DNA from: Histomonas meleagridis 2922-C6/04-290x
Taxonomy: Eukaryota > Protista > Parabasalia
DNA: 64,000 bases
NCBI GenBank assembly: GCA_020184695.1
Contig: JAANOX010000212.1
Span: 6,504-70,503, forward strand
Reading direction: 5' to 3'
Shown here: positions 1-10,684 of the stretch, in pieces
Layout: the number at the start of each line of letters is the position of its first letter
Numbering within the stretch: position 1 is the stretch's first letter
The notes under the pieces: model-generated
Databases searched by the model: none
What the model saw: the letters and a program-made list of their open reading frames with translations, nothing else
What the model was told of the DNA's origin: nothing
Position numbers and translations under genes: made by a program

Positions 1-1629
1 TGTAATTGGTCGAATAGTATCACGAAACAAAAATTATTAAAATATTTTTTGTTATCTAAAGATAATAATTCATATATAATGCAACAACTTGTATCTTATT
101 GTACTTACGCATATTATTTTCATGTTACGACTTCACTTAATAAGAAATTTGATTTAGAGTTTTGGTTCTTATCATTAATTAAAGAAGCATTTCAACAAGA
201 GAATGACGAATTCATCAAATATATACCAATTGTTATTCATTTTTCATTTTTATTTTATGATTCAGGTGCACAAGAATTATTATATATATTATGTCAACAA
301 TTTTCGATAAATTTACCCGATAATTTAATACATATCGAATCAATTGTTCGATATTTCACATCGAAAATTTATCAAATATCAGAAGAGTTATTAGAACAAT
401 GGGGACTCGAATCATTAAAATGGTTATTTGGATGTCAATCAATACAAATCGCTTGTAAATCTTTGACAATATATAACCAAATATTAAGACCAATGGAACC
501 TTTGGTAGTTACTGGTGTATGTAAAGCAGTAACTTATCATGTAGTGAATTCATCTGATGACCCAAAACATTTAACAGATTTGGTAACTCAAGCTTTAATA
601 TTTTATAATAACGTGTTCACTGGTAATGAAATTTATTCGTTTCAATTCGCTAGTTCTTTCATCGATTGTAAATTGTTCGTAGATAATTGTTTGCCTTATG
701 TATCACAATTATTCATTAAAAGCCTTTCTTGCTTAAAAACAAGTCAAATGGCTTGGAATATGATAATAGGTATAATCAGACCATTGTTAGCAAAAATCGA
801 AAAGAACCCTCAGAACCAAAGAATATTACAAATGTTGATCGAAACAAGTAATAGTAAAGAACTAATGATGATAGCAACGCCTATTCATTTAAGTAATCCT
901 TTACTATTCCCAAATCTAATGCCTTACGATGAACTACTTAATTCGGTTTCGGACTCAATACTTTGTAAGTCGTTGGTACATTACGCTACTATGATAGAAA
1001 GCGCTTCGATTAACTTGAAAAGCGCAATATTCAAAATTTCTTCTTACATAGTAAAAAAAGTGGTCAACGAAAATAATACAAACCCTTTAAGTAACATCTA
1101 TAAGGCAGCAATTTTGAGCTTAACGACTTGTAATAACGCAGCAGAATTTATTGCAACAATCATGCAATATGAATCTTCGGTCTCTATGAAGCAATCAAAT
1201 GAGTTCTACGATTGGAATAGATCTATCGAAGACGTCTGTAGAGCTTTAGGAAGGATTTTGGTGCTGGACGACTCGTTGATGACCTTGACTGATTTCTCTA
1301 CTTTACAAAGCGTTTATAACGTGCTAAACTCTGACGTGGTGCCAAAAGTGCTCCCGTTTGAGACACAAAAGGAAATGTTAAATGCAATGATGAGGGTGAA
1401 ACCGTTACACGATAGGAAAAGAGGTTTGGCGCCAAGAAGATCATTCCATGGATATAGAGAATCTTCATCAGGTTCAAAGTTGTATAATAGTGGGAGTGTC
1501 AATTTGGGTAACTTTAGGCCTTTCGAAAGACCCAAAGAATTGATCATTAAGCCGGAATTGTTTGTGCGAAATTGGGAATCGGGAATTAGTTTGAGTAACA
1601 ACGATTTCTTGAAGGAATTGAAAATTTGA
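1..1629 (+). CDS. 3' part of a large helical (HEAT/ARM-like) protein, open from the window edge; possibly the C-terminus of a Furry/MOR2-PAG1-like protein
   Basis: Frame 1 has no stop from position 1 to TGA 1627-1629. The track start at 49 is a TTG, so the true start lies upstream of the window. The family guess rests only on the helical, Leu-rich character and is weak. Confidence 0.6.
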   Translation, partial: CNWSNSITKQKLLKYFLLSKDNNSYIMQQLVSYCTYAYYFHVTTSLNKKFDLEFWFLSLIKEAFQQENDEFIKYIPIVIHFSFLFYDSGAQELLYILCQQFSINLPDNLIHIESIVRYFTSKIYQISEELLEQWGLESLKWLFGCQSIQIACKSLTIYNQILRPMEPLVVTGVCKAVTYHVVNSSDDPKHLTDLVTQALIFYNNVFTGNEIYSFQFASSFIDCKLFVDNCLPYVSQLFIKSLSCLKTSQMAWNMIIGIIRPLLAKIEKNPQNQRILQMLIETSNSKELMMIATPIHLSNPLLFPNLMPYDELLNSVSDSILCKSLVHYATMIESASINLKSAIFKISSYIVKKVVNENNTNPLSNIYKAAILSLTTCNNAAEFIATIMQYESSVSMKQSNEFYDWNRSIEDVCRALGRILVLDDSLMTLTDFSTLQSVYNVLNSDVVPKVLPFETQKEMLNAMMRVKPLHDRKRGLAPRRSFHGYRESSSGSKLYNSGSVNLGNFRPFERPKELIIKPELFVRNWESGISLSNNDFLKELKI

Positions 1630-1734
1630 TTGTTTGGAAAATAAAAATGCGAAATCTTTAATGCCGTTGTTATTAAATTGTTTAGAAATTATGTTTTCAC
1701 ATTTTTATTTTATAATCATCTTATTCATCAAAAC

Positions 1735-2219
1735 TGTTGGGAAGCCTAAAATGTTATTTATTGTTTAATGTATAGAGTTTATTTGGTTATTTATATGTTA
1801 TTGAGTAATACTTCCCTAATCTGTTATCAAACCTGAAATTAAGTCTTTTTTTTTGTTTTTGAATTCAAGTGAAGATTGCCTTGTGCTTTCAAGTTGTGCC
1901 CCATGTCATACAATCCTTTGATGATGCTGTAGCCCCAAAGTTCTTTTTATCTCAAAACTTCTCTTTATTAGGGAACATTTCTGCGAGCGCATTATCTTAT
2001 TCGTATTCAAAATCTCAAAAGTGTTGGGAAGCCTTCTGTAAAAGTATTACTAAAATGTTATTTATTGTTTAGTAATTTATAAGTTCTAGAGTAATAATTT
2101 CCTATGCTTTTATCAAACCTAAGTCATTTTTTTTTGAAATAAAGAACTTGTTGTTTGTAACATGTTGCATCTCCTTGATGAAGTACCAAAGTTCTTTTTA
2201 TCTCAAAACTTCTCTTTAT
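1735..2219. repeat. Degenerate direct duplication (about 235 and 200 bp; copies 1735-1968 and 2022-2219)
   Basis: Shared blocks tgttgggaagcc, taaaatgttatttattgttta and ttatcaaacct, plus an identical 34-mer ccaaagttctttttatctcaaaacttctctttat at 1935-1968 and 2186-2219. Confidence 0.8.
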
Positions 2220-2469
2220 GTCCGAAATCACAGTCATCTTCAGAAAGGAAAACAAGCAGAGGTCGGTGAGAAGAAACTGTTCCTCTTTTCCAAAGCAGCT
2301 CGCGCCAACAAAGCCATCGATGTATGCTCACAGGCTCTTCTTCTAACAATGTTTTTATATAAATGTTACATGAATTACTTCTTCAAAATCGCTTCACTTG
2401 CATCGTCATTCTTCAGAATATTTGTACATATTTCACAACAAGTTCTATTTCATTAACATTTATTTACAT

Positions 2470-4944
2470 TTACAGATTATATTTGTGCTTCAGCACCCAC
2501 GTGTGCGTTCTTTTGTTGAGCACTGCCATTTGCCTTATCAAGTACTTTACTGTTTTCTCATTCTTTTTTGCGCTTTGGTCCTTTTCCAATGCTCGAATTA
2601 TATCATTTGTTGTTATTTTGTTACCGTTTTTCTTGAACAAGTTTAGGATTTTGTCCTTTAAATCGATCAGTATTTCCTCGTCGATTTCGTTACTTCCTCT
2701 TACTCGCGACACTAAGTCCTTCATAAACGTATTGTTCTTCTGTAGTCGCATCAGCGCTCTTTTGTTTTGTTCTTTAGCTCTTTCCGACGCGACTACGTTT
2801 TCAGGCCTTTGGTTTGTATTATTATCATTAATGAGTTCGTCATGATTTATAATTCTTTTAATGTCTCCGTTATTAATGAATGTTTCCGTAATTCTTTTAT
2901 CATCATCTTCGTCTTCTTCATCTTCATTTTCTTCATCATCAACAATTTCGTCATCGTTATAATAACTTAAGTCATCAATTGTTGCTCCAGTTGTATTTAA
3001 TGTGAATAAGTCGCGAACTGTTTGAGACTTAAATATGTTCTTTTGGTTCGGTGACTTTAAGATTTTGTTCGCAAGAAATTGCTTAAAGATTTGCTTCTTA
3101 TACATCTTCTCTTCAATTGTGCCAATGGTTATTAGGCGATATACGGAAACTGGTTTCGTTTGACCAATTCGCCACGCGCGTTCGAGCGCTTGGTTATCAT
3201 TCGCTGGATTCCAATCGGGATCAATGATGACGACTTTATCTGCGCCAATTAAATTAACACCAACTCCGCCAACTTTAGTACTTAATAAACATGCAAAACA
3301 TTCGCCATTATTAAAGCGATCCATAATATGAATCCTTTTATTAGTTTGTGTTTCGCCGTCAATTCGAAAATATGTTAAATTTAATGATTGAAATAAGAGT
3401 TCTAATAAATCTAACATGCGTAAATATTGCGAAAATAATAAAACACGGTGATTATGTCGCTTCCATTGTGGTAATAATTTCTTTAATAACTTTAATTTGC
3501 TTGAATTATCTAAATTAGTACTAACATTATCATCATCTGTTAACGCTGGATGGTTACAAATCTTACGTAAAAAATCAATCCCCGTGAAAAATTCTCCCGT
3601 TCCACGGATAATGTCACGGCATAATGGACTATCTAAAAATTGACGATAACATCTTTCTTGGATTTCAGTCAAATTGACAAAAAAGATTTGCTCAGTCTTG
3701 GATGGTAAGTTCGCTGCAACATCTTTCTTGAGGCGACGTAATAAATATGGTTTAATAAGATCACGTAATGTTATCGCGGCATGATATGCCCGATAAACTG
3801 TGATTGGCGTTGCATTGGAATACCCACCATACTTAATAGGATCAGCAAAATCTTGTTGAAAGACTTCTAATGTTCCTAATAATCCTGGGACTGCAAAATC
3901 AAATAATGACCATAACTCTAAAAGATTGTTTTGTATAGGAGATCCACTGATTACTAATTTAAAGTCACTTGTAAGTTTCTTTACATTTCGTGATATCGAT
4001 GATTGATAATTTCGAATTTTATGTCCTTCATCACACATAACAATACTCCAATCTACTAATTGAAGTAACATAGAACCTTCTTCATGATGTAAAAATTCAT
4101 AATTTGTTACTATAATTGAAGGGTTCCCTTCGACGTTTTGAATTATCTCTTCAGGCGTCACTTTTTGGTTACTACGTGTCGAGTGAAGTAGAATTGAATG
4201 CATTAACGGGCACCAAATGTGAAGTTCACGAATCCATTGTTGTGCGACTGTTAAAGGACATAAAATTAAGATTGGTTTGTGAATAATGTTTGAAGTATGA
4301 AGTGCATTTATGAACGTACATGCTATTGCTGTTTTACCTAAGCCCATTTCATCTCCTTCAATACCACCTGCTTGTTTTTTCCATAAGCCCCATAACCATT
4401 CAACTGCAACTCTTTGGTGTGGAAATAATGAGTCCCATATAGCTTTTGGGATATGTAATTCTTCATCAATATCATGCATTTCTAAATATGGCTCACAATG
4501 ATCACGTATAAAATTATTGCGAGAATCAAAAACTTCAGGATCTGAATCATCAACTGTTAAATTAATTGAATCTTCACCTACAAAGCTAGTATGCATTACT
4601 TTATAATGCCAATACTTATTAAGTTCTTCTGATATTTCGGGCATTTGTGAATTGTTCTCGCTTGTATCTGTAACACGTTCAATTTCTACATTAAGATTTT
4701 TTGGAAGCTTTGCTTTGATTTTTTCATCTGCTAATTTTTTTTCGTATTTTTCTATGTCTTTCTTATTGCCTGACCTTCTTGCTTGTGCTAAATTTTTCTT
4801 TATATCTTCAATGCTTGATTCAGAATCTTGATTTGTTTCTTCATTTTCTTTTTGCTCCATTGAATTTACAACTTCTGCTTCATACTCACCCATGTTAACA
4901 ATTTTTCCAAAATCGATATCAGATGTATCTTCTTCCTCAGACAT
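2470..4944 (-). CDS. ERCC6: SNF2-family ATPase, CSB/ERCC6/Rad26 subfamily (transcription-coupled repair)
   Basis: WLWGLWKKQAGGIEGDEMGLGKT, DEGHKIRN, PIKYGGYSNATP..AYHAAITLRDLIKPYLLRR, DPDWNPANDNQALERAWRIGQ, and a C-terminal winged-helix-like tail. Inr-like TCACT lies just before the ATG. Confidence 0.88.
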   Translation of the reverse strand: MSEEEDTSDIDFGKIVNMGEYEAEVVNSMEQKENEETNQDSESSIEDIKKNLAQARRSGNKKDIEKYEKKLADEKIKAKLPKNLNVEIERVTDTSENNSQMPEISEELNKYWHYKVMHTSFVGEDSINLTVDDSDPEVFDSRNNFIRDHCEPYLEMHDIDEELHIPKAIWDSLFPHQRVAVEWLWGLWKKQAGGIEGDEMGLGKTAIACTFINALHTSNIIHKPILILCPLTVAQQWIRELHIWCPLMHSILLHSTRSNQKVTPEEIIQNVEGNPSIIVTNYEFLHHEEGSMLLQLVDWSIVMCDEGHKIRNYQSSISRNVKKLTSDFKLVISGSPIQNNLLELWSLFDFAVPGLLGTLEVFQQDFADPIKYGGYSNATPITVYRAYHAAITLRDLIKPYLLRRLKKDVAANLPSKTEQIFFVNLTEIQERCYRQFLDSPLCRDIIRGTGEFFTGIDFLRKICNHPALTDDDNVSTNLDNSSKLKLLKKLLPQWKRHNHRVLLFSQYLRMLDLLELLFQSLNLTYFRIDGETQTNKRIHIMDRFNNGECFACLLSTKVGGVGVNLIGADKVVIIDPDWNPANDNQALERAWRIGQTKPVSVYRLITIGTIEEKMYKKQIFKQFLANKILKSPNQKNIFKSQTVRDLFTLNTTGATIDDLSYYNDDEIVDDEENEDEEDEDDDKRITETFINNGDIKRIINHDELINDNNTNQRPENVVASERAKEQNKRALMRLQKNNTFMKDLVSRVRGSNEIDEEILIDLKDKILNLFKKNGNKITTNDIIRALEKDQSAKKNEKTVKYLIRQMAVLNKRTHTWVLKHKYNL

Positions 4945-4964
4945 TTTAGTGAATTCACTTAAAC

Positions 4965-5003
4965 CCGTTTAGAACCGTGGCATTAGTGGAGAACGTTAAA
5001 CGG
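4965..5003. promoter_or_regulatory. Two Myb-type (CCGTT/AACGG; M3-like) elements upstream of the CSB start
   Basis: ccgtt at 4965-4969 and aacgg at 4999-5003, 21 and 55 bp upstream of the ATG at 4944. Confidence 0.4.
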
Positions 5004-5543
5004 GGGAATCCCTTTTGGAGTTTGAATAAAATTTTGTCATTTCGTGCTAATTTTCATGTGCTCTCATGTTATAATATGATATAAAAAATCTCTAATATCT
5101 ATATCAAAAATTTAACATCAAGATTTTAGTAATGAACTTCTTGAACATTTTATTTTGGATCTTTAGACCCAAAACTCATTTTTTAGATTTAAAAATCGAA
5201 TATAATTGTCGTTATATGTTCAATCAAATGGGAAATATGGAATAAATTAAATTAACCAAAAATTTTAACCCAGATGCTGAAGTTGACCGTTAATATATTA
5301 CGGTTAAAATCGTTTTCTTCTCAATCGATTGAGACCATCTCCAATTTTTAAAAAATTAATTTTGTGATTGGTCGATTTCAGGATATGACACTAAATCTAA
5401 ATGCATTGCTTGGGCTGAAAAATAGGCATTTTTAAAATTTGATAGTGGCTTTGGAATAAGAAAATTCATCTCGATAAAAAATTAAAAAACAAAATTCATG
5501 ATAAATACATATTTATTATTAGTATATCTATTATAGCTTGGTC

Positions 5544-6266
5544 TTAAAAAGAAAATTTTTCTGTTAAAGATGAAATGTTTTGTGAAAGATATGGATATGC
5601 TTGAATTGTAGTTATTATTTGAGAAGGTAAAATTAAAGCATGATCCGAACCCGAAAGTTTAGAGATGCTTAAACTGTGTTTAATTATGAAAATTATGTAT
5701 TGATATAATTGATGATATATATCAACAATTGCCATTTGATCAATTTTAATATTTCTTTCAAGTAGAGTACGTGAAACACGTAGAGATAATTGGCTAAGTG
5801 ATGGTATAGTTCCACTTTCAGATGCTTTGAAAGAAAATAATTTGTTATTTTCAGTCAAATTAAATTTATGTTCTTTGTTATGAATTTCAACTTCATTTCT
5901 TGGGATTGCAATTCCTGGCGGTGGTATAGTTGAAAAATGTGCATTGAATATTAAAGAACGAATCAACTCATTATGAAGAATTCTAGATTTATTGGTTGTT
6001 AAGAATTTTTTCATAAGTTCATCATATTTTTGTTTTGTGCATTGCCCTCTTAAAAATTTTGTTAGGGTAATCCAGTATTCATCATTTTTTACAATTTTAA
6101 TAATTTTATTTTTTAAGGAAAGAACATCTTTCCTACTTGTATACATTTCAGGTACACCATAAATTTTTGGTTCGAATGATGTACCAAAGACTTGGACCCC
6201 TTCTGAAACATTCGCCATTTTTTTCCAAGTTAACGTATTCCCGCAAATAGAATAAACGGCCTTCAT
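5544..6266 (-). CDS. SAGA complex Ada1/Tada1-like subunit
   Basis: YWITLTKFLRGQCTKQKYDE...RILHNELIRSLIFNA resembles the SAGA-Tad1 N-terminal motif, and the C-terminal region looks histone-fold-like. The true start may be a downstream ATG. Confidence 0.55.
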   Translation of the reverse strand: MKAVYSICGNTLTWKKMANVSEGVQVFGTSFEPKIYGVPEMYTSRKDVLSLKNKIIKIVKNDEYWITLTKFLRGQCTKQKYDELMKKFLTTNKSRILHNELIRSLIFNAHFSTIPPPGIAIPRNEVEIHNKEHKFNLTENNKLFSFKASESGTIPSLSQLSLRVSRTLLERNIKIDQMAIVDIYHQLYQYIIFIIKHSLSISKLSGSDHALILPSQIITTIQAYPYLSQNISSLTEKFSF

Positions 6267-6280
6267 TTAAAAATGTTTTT

Positions 6281-8896
6281 ATGACACTTTTGAATAATCC
6301 ACCCAAAAGTGCACTTTCGTTAATCATCATGATGTCAAGCGATACCACCTCTCAAAGCCATGATGTCAACAATGCCAATACTTCTTGTTCCACAGACATC
6401 AAAAAAGATGATTATGAAGATCTATATACACATATTGCACCATTAGAACAGATTATATTTAAAAGAATTGAAGAAAATTTTGACTCATCAGTTGAACAAA
6501 CATTGGATTTATTTGATTCAACATATCCATCTTCATTTTGTCATGTCATAAGTGATTTAATTTACTTTGCATTATGCTCAAAAATGAATATAGGCGATAT
6601 ATACATTGATTATTTAGAAGCAATTCAAACAAAAGGCGAAAATAACAAAAGCAAAAACATAATTGAATTCTTTAAGAATTATCTATGGAAAATTAATTCA
6701 CAAGAATCATATTATTTAATCGAAAAAATGATCGAACATAATTTAATTGATGCAAGCATTACTGAAAATATCGAATCCAAATATTTTGCACATTATAGAA
6801 CAGAAAAAGAAAACAAAAGAAAATATTATAAAGATTCATTTAGTGATTCTTTTCTCGAAAATTATGAAGAACTATCAAAAAACAATTGGGAACTTCATAA
6901 GCAATTAATTAAAGAAGCAGTTAATCCAAACGAAATTGCAAAAATAATTCGAAATGATAATATCGAAAAACTTCAAGAAATATCATCACAAACAAATTTT
7001 GATTTCAATCAAGAGATCAAGCCATCGTTATATGAACGATATTCATTAATTAACCATAAACATGTTAATTTAATTGATTATGCAGCATTTTTTGCTTCTA
7101 TTAAATGTTTTAAATATTTACTTATGAATGGAGCGAATGTATATAACACAGGGAAATATGCAGTCGCAGGTGGGAATCTAGAAATCATTCATTTATGTGT
7201 GCAAAATCATTCATCATTTGAAGGTTCTTATAGAGTTGCAATTAAATTACATAAAAATGATATCTTTAAATATATCTATGAAAATAAATTAGAAAAATTA
7301 GTTGATCAAGATAATGATAATGAAGATAAAACTTTGTTATACAGTTCTATCTTTTGTGTTCACAGTGGAAATTATGAAATTCTTTCATTTTTGGAAAAAG
7401 AAGGTTTAGAAATCGAAAATTTGAATATTAATGAATCAGCAAGAATTGGAAATTTATATCTTGTTAAATATTTTCTTCGAAACAAAGAATTTCCGAAAAA
7501 TCTTTTGTTCAAAGCATTAGAATCTGGAAATATCGAACTTATTAAATATGTTTTAGTACACAGCAATGTTAATTTAAATGAAACAGATGTTATTTTTAAT
7601 GATTTAAAGTTTGTTATGATAATTTAAAATTTGTTTTCATTATTTGATATTTGTTATAATAATTTTTTATATCTTTTTATATTTTTCGGCGCCAATCCAT
7701 ATATCAATAAAAAGTAAGAACACAGAAATAGTTAAATTACTTTTAAAACAAAAAGGAATTGATATTAATGCATCATATATTTAATATATCGATTTCATAT
7801 CGATCTTATATATTTTGTGTTTGTTTTTTAATTATAAAATTTATCTTAATAATTTGATATTTGTTTTATTAACTTGAAATTTGTTCATATAATTTAAAAT
7901 TCCTTTTTATAATTTGGAACCGCACTTCATATAGCAATTAAAAAAAAGAATATCGAAATAGTTAAAATGTTTTTAAAACAAAAAGGAATAGATGTTAATG
8001 CAATATATATTTGTTATCATAATTTTATGTTTGTTTTAATAAAATAAGATTTATTTTGATGATTTCATGTTTATTTTAACAACAAAATATTTGTTTTAAT
8101 AATTTGAAATTCATTTTGATGATTTTATTTTTCTATTTATAATTTGGAATGGCACTTCATTTAGCAATTAAATGTGGAAACATAGAAATTCTTAAATTAC
8201 TATTAAAACATAATGGTTTTGATATTAATGAACTATATGTTTGTTTATATAATTTTATGTTTATTTTGATATTTTAAAGCCTATTTTAATATTTCGGAAT
8301 TTATTTTGATGATTTTATATCTGTTTTAAAAATTTAATGTTTATCTAGTTAATTTGGAATTAGTATTAATAATTTTATATTTCTTCGTATGATTTGGAAC
8401 AGCTCTTCATTTAGCAGTACAAAACAACAATGTAGAAATGGTTAAATTACTTTTAGAACAAAATGGAATTGATGTTAATGCATTATATATTGATTTTGCT
8501 GATTTCAAATTTATTTTAATTATTCGATATTTATTTTAATTATTCGATATTTTTTTTAATTATTTGAACTTTGTTTTAATGATTTAATGTATATTATATT
8601 TATTCAAGATTTGTTTTAATAACTTAAAATTTCTATTTATGTTTTGGAACAGCACTTCATTTAGCTGTAGAAAACAATAATGTAGAAATAGTTAAATTGC
8701 TTTTAGAAAAAGGAATTGATATTAATACAAAAAATTTTTGTTTATTCTCTTTAATGTTTATTTAAATAAATTAATTTTTTTATAAATATTTTGATGATTA
8801 TTTATATTTTTTGAAACTGCGCTTATGATCGCAAATAAAAATAACAATACAGAAATAATCAAATTACTTGAACAAAAAGATCAAACAGATACTTAA
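6281..8896 (+). CDS. DUF3447-type ankyrin repeat protein, interrupted by six 20n-nt inserts. Coding segments: 6281-7588, 7689-7778, 7919-8008, 8149-8238, 8399-8488, 8649-8735, 8816-8896
   Basis: N-terminal trichomonad DUF3447-like region (LIDYAAFFASIKCFKYLLMNG, YAVAGGNLEIIH). The downstream segments read APIHISIKSKNTEIVKLLL, TALHIAIKKKNIEIVKMFL, MALHLAIKCGNIEILKLLL, TALHLAVQNNNVEMVKLLL, TALHLAVENNNVEIVKLLL and TALMIANKNNNTEIIKLL. They join in frame when the inserts are removed. Expression is unverified. Confidence 0.75.
7589..8815 (+). repeat. Six AT-rich arrays of imperfect 20-nt units (39 units in total; consensus RTTTRTTTTRATRATTTNNN) between ankyrin-coding segments
   Basis: 7589-7688 (5 units), 7779-7918 (7), 8009-8148 (7), 8239-8398 (8), 8489-8648 (8), 8736-8815 (4). 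Units were aligned by hand. Confidence 0.9.
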
Positions 8897-8978
8897 TGAT
8901 TGTAAAGTATTCGAAGAATTCTAAAAAAATATCGAAATAGATTTGTTTTACCAATTAATTACAATGTTAACATATATA

Positions 8979-9032
8979 CAGTCTATCATATAGCCAAAGA
9001 CTAGTTCAATTCGCCAAAGACTAATTTCAATA
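8979..9032 (+). repeat. Left terminal inverted repeat, with two internal GCCAAAGACT direct repeats
   Basis: Inverted match to 10780-10832. Confidence 0.85.
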
Positions 9033-9232
9033 TCCTTTCAAAATCCTCGCTTTTTGATATAATTGTGTAGGAAAATTTCATCACATTTTTGTGAGCATAG
9101 AAAATTGAAAGTACTTGCGTTTTTGCAATTGAATTCCATAAAATTCTGAGAGTTTTGGTCTGCAATCAAATGAATGAAATAAATTCAATACTTTATATTA
9201 CTTTTTCTAATAATATCGTTCCAAATTATCGA

Positions 9233-10684
9233 ATGCAAGTTATACGTCCCTTATGGATGTCTGAAGAGCAATGGCAAATAGTTAACGCTAGAAAAATGGG
9301 TGCAAGCTATGATTATATAATTTCACAATATCAGCTGAGTAACAGAGAAGCCCTATGCAGATGTTTAACAAGATCAGCTCTTGGACTTCCTTGGTGCCGA
9401 AATTATGCAGGAGGAAGTGACCCATATTTATGCTCTGAAGATCAAAGCATTTTAATTCAAGATATTATGGATGGAATCGCAGATTTAAATTGTTTGTCGA
9501 AATCCCAAGTTATAGATCTTGCACACACGCTCAAAATAAATCGTGCTTTATTAGCAAGAAGATTTCTTCTTTCTTTGGGCTGCCCTAAATTATCAGAGAA
9601 AATCGATTTGACGCCACCTGAGCCTGGTAAAGGGTGGCTCTTCAGTTTCTGTGAGCAGAACAATATTAGCATGGTTTGGCGTGAGAACCTTGAAGAAATT
9701 AGAAGGGTTCAATGTACCAGCGCAAGGATAAAATGATGGATCTCATCATATAGAAACATCATCGATAGTTATGATCGAAGAATGCTATTTGATATGGATG
9801 AGACCACAATTACTACATCATCCAGAAAATTTAAAGTTTTAACAATAGATTCACTTGGAATTAGATCCAAACCAGGTAAGGATGAACACATAACAGCCTG
9901 TGTTACCGTTGGCACATATTGTTCGTTTTTAAAGCCTCATATAATTCTTCAAAACAAGAAAAAACTTCCAAAAGATTTGGCTAGTTTCTGTTCTCAGGCT
10001 CATTTTTACAGTACACGTACAGGCTGGATGCTCAAAGAAACCTTTCTTCAATATGCAATAAATCTCGGAGCAGATTTATTTAATTGGAGGAAAACACTAC
10101 CATCACCATTATGTAACCAAAGGATTTTGCTTATTGTTGATGGTCACGGATCTCGCAAATTTCCTGATGTCATGCGTCATTTGTTCTCATTGGGCATTGA
10201 TATACTAACATTATTAGGTCACTGTACACATGTGCTTCAACCATTTGATGTATAATTAGCAAGTTCACTTAAATGGGAAATCACCAGAGAAATTGAAAAA
10301 ATAATATCAAAGATTAGAAATGGGATACTCTCTGTAGCAATAACTGATACTGGGACTCGGAGGTGGATACTCGTACATTCTTTTCTCGAAGTCTTTATGA
10401 AGACATGCACCATATGGAAAACTCAAGAGGCTTTTCAAAGATCACACCTCTTTGAGTATCCTGAACAAGTTGTTTCAGATTTAATAAGAGAATCTGAAGA
10501 AGATTTTCCTGAAGATTGAATCAACAGTAAATATTTTGGAAACATTGAAACATTAAACGAAGCTCAATTAATGTATAACAAAGCAGTACATCCAATCGTG
10601 ACACTTTCACCTCTAGAAGTAAGTCTTGCTATTTCGGGGCAAAGAAGTTGGATTCTTACGCCCTTGGCTCGATATTTTTCATAA
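9233..10684 (+). pseudogene. pogo-like DD35D transposase pseudogene
   Basis: One reading frame with in-frame stops at 9734 (TGA), 10253 (TAA) and 10517 (TGA). Motifs FDMDET, ILLIVDGHGSR and HCTHVLQPFDV, with 35 residues between the 2nd and 3rd Asp. Confidence 0.85.

Noticed and set aside
7589-8815. CRISPR-like alternation of conserved ~90-nt blocks and variable spacers
   Set aside because: The conserved blocks are ankyrin-coding, the spacers are themselves periodic, the context is eukaryotic and no cas genes are present.
7589-8815. Ordinary GT-AG spliceosomal introns
   Set aside because: Only two of six blocks start with GT. None ends in AG at a frame-restoring position (the ACAG in blocks 4-5 gives the wrong frame), and there is no ACTAAC branch motif.
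9734-10519. Stop-codon reassignment suggested by in-frame TGA/TAA in the transposase
   Set aside because: Both TGA and TAA occur, and intact genes in the window end normally with TAA or TGA, so nonsense decay is the simpler explanation.
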